This document shows, piece by piece, positions 62,391-64,000 of a stretch of 64,000 bases of DNA. The position numbers and the translations under genes are program-made. Location of the stretch: the NCBI GenBank assembly GCA_964036045.1, contig OZ038378.1, positions 199,702,001-199,766,000 on the forward strand. Direction: 5' to 3'. The DNA is from Eutreptiella sp. 'Long Island Sound 2002'. Lineage: Eukaryota > Protista > Euglenida. Under the pieces are notes generated by a model, which saw only the letters and a program-made list of their open reading frames with translations, did no database searches and had not been told where the DNA came from. Every line of letters starts with the position of its first letter. Position 1 is the first letter of the stretch.

Positions 62391-64000
62391 AGTGAAAAAT
62401 CGGAGAGCCAGCCAGGTGATACCCAACCCCTCCGTGGGTCAGGGACAACCTTCAGCAGAATGTAACGCACATGGTCCATGGGAGAAAAGAGGCAACACTG
62501 TGAAACGGGACCCATGGACTGCATGTAAACCTTTCATGCCCCCCCCCTGCCCCCATGTATCCCCAAAATTCCATACTTTCTCTGCTTCGGAATGGTGTTC
62601 TGGCAAGGTTCTGGCAATGGCCTTGCTTCCTTTTCTGGGCCTTGCTCCAGGGTTATCACAAACAAACAAATATGGGCATTCTTCACAGGCCAAATTCTTT
62701 TGGCCGAGGAACTTGTGAACCCGAGGAAGCACGGACCTGCATTCAAGGGGGTGGTGCTTTGCAGATATCAATTTTTTCAAAATTGTATGGTGCAAGGGAT
62801 AGGGATCAATAAAACCAGGATAAAGAAAAAGACAGGCCAAAAAACACTTTGGCTTGTTCACATGGTCGTTACCAGCCATGCAGGCGGGGACCTAAAACGT
62901 GGGCCACTGCAACCTCACCTGTGGAGTGCGTGCACTGCACAAGGTCAGCGCTAGAAAACATCATGAGCATTCTGAAATGCACAGTGGAACAGATCAGACA
63001 CGTAAATTTAACACAGCCCTCATTAAATTCCTTGGAGTCCCTGAGGTTGGGTGTATGGTGTACACAGTGGTGACAGAAGTGAAAATAAAATTCTGGCAAA
63101 AGATGGTGGAAGCTACAAAATGCTCTTGCAGGGCGACAACATACACAGTCTACATAAGACTTGCACACTCACTAAAATTTCAAGGGCATCATTGTTGGCA
63201 TCCGACTGTCCCTGTCACCAACATGGCCATGCAAACCGGCATGTGTATGGGGCCATCGGTCTCTCATAGTGGATGAGCTGCAGATGGCAAGGCAATAGAG
63301 CAAGGACTGGTGCAGCAGCAAGTCAGTGTCGGGCAATGGGGAGGTGAGGACGGAGCACAAGAGAAGCCAGCCCAGCAGGATTCAATACCTTTGCCATGCA
63401 ATTGTCTCAAGCGGACTTTCAACTCTTGTTTCATGGTATCGGGCCACTGAAGAAAAGGAATTGCACGCAGGTGCTGTGGGATGCAGATGTAACACCAAGA
63501 AACAGGTTTAGCAGTTGCCACCTCACACAAGCAGTGCCATCAGACCACAGACAGGTGTGCCATCACATCAAGTTACACACACCTCAGCTTGCAAACAAAC
63601 GAAGCATGGGGGCCCCATGGGCAGGAAGCCAAGCTTCCAGCCAATATCAGGAGGGAGACAGCGATGCACAGAAAAGTGTGTCAGACTAGAAGAGATGGAC
63701 GAATGCAAGGGATGCGGTGCACGAAGCCAATTTAGGGATTAGTACTTGCACTGAACCTGCACCCTGCGTACCTTTGGGGGCAAACAGTCCTGGAAAGGCC
63801 ACACGATTGCTCCCTACCAGAAAGGTACTGTGGGATTATCGAACACAACACACACAAACAAATGCAGTATAGCCCTCATGCAGAAACGAAAGGAGATTCA
63901 ATGCAATGCAAATGCAAAGGGGAGGCATACCACGGACAGGAAAGGCATCCTGGTCAGCGAGCGCTTGCACTAGAAGGGCCAACAGCAAGTAGGACCGATG

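Overview
Eukaryotic, repeat-rich genomic DNA with no prokaryotic operon structure. Most ORFs in the supplied track are low-complexity or antisense noise. The window is dominated by one large minus-strand, multi-exon gene running from at least 57.5 kb down to a stop at 8890. Its GT-AG exons, chained by hand with consistent phases, give a single-pass membrane receptor: two PLXDC/TEM7-like beta domains, a PSI domain, five or more EGF-like repeats, a transmembrane helix and a Ser/Pro-rich tail. The 5' end is unresolved. The introns (0.1-11.7 kb) hold a decayed APE+RT LINE, four copies of a Helitron/Helentron-like non-autonomous element, several TIR/MITE families (one with an exact 8-bp TSD, one with a 6-bp TSD), a 43-bp array with 129-bp higher-order structure, a probable Penelope-like RT fragment and long (CA)n tracts. 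The most unusual signal is inside the Helitron-like element: a tRNA-spaced Pol III-type cassette whose 6-bp stem shows compensatory changes around a 13-nt loop that differs in every copy. The repeat style suggests a protist such as a euglenid, but that is inference only. No searches were run; all calls come from manual reading.
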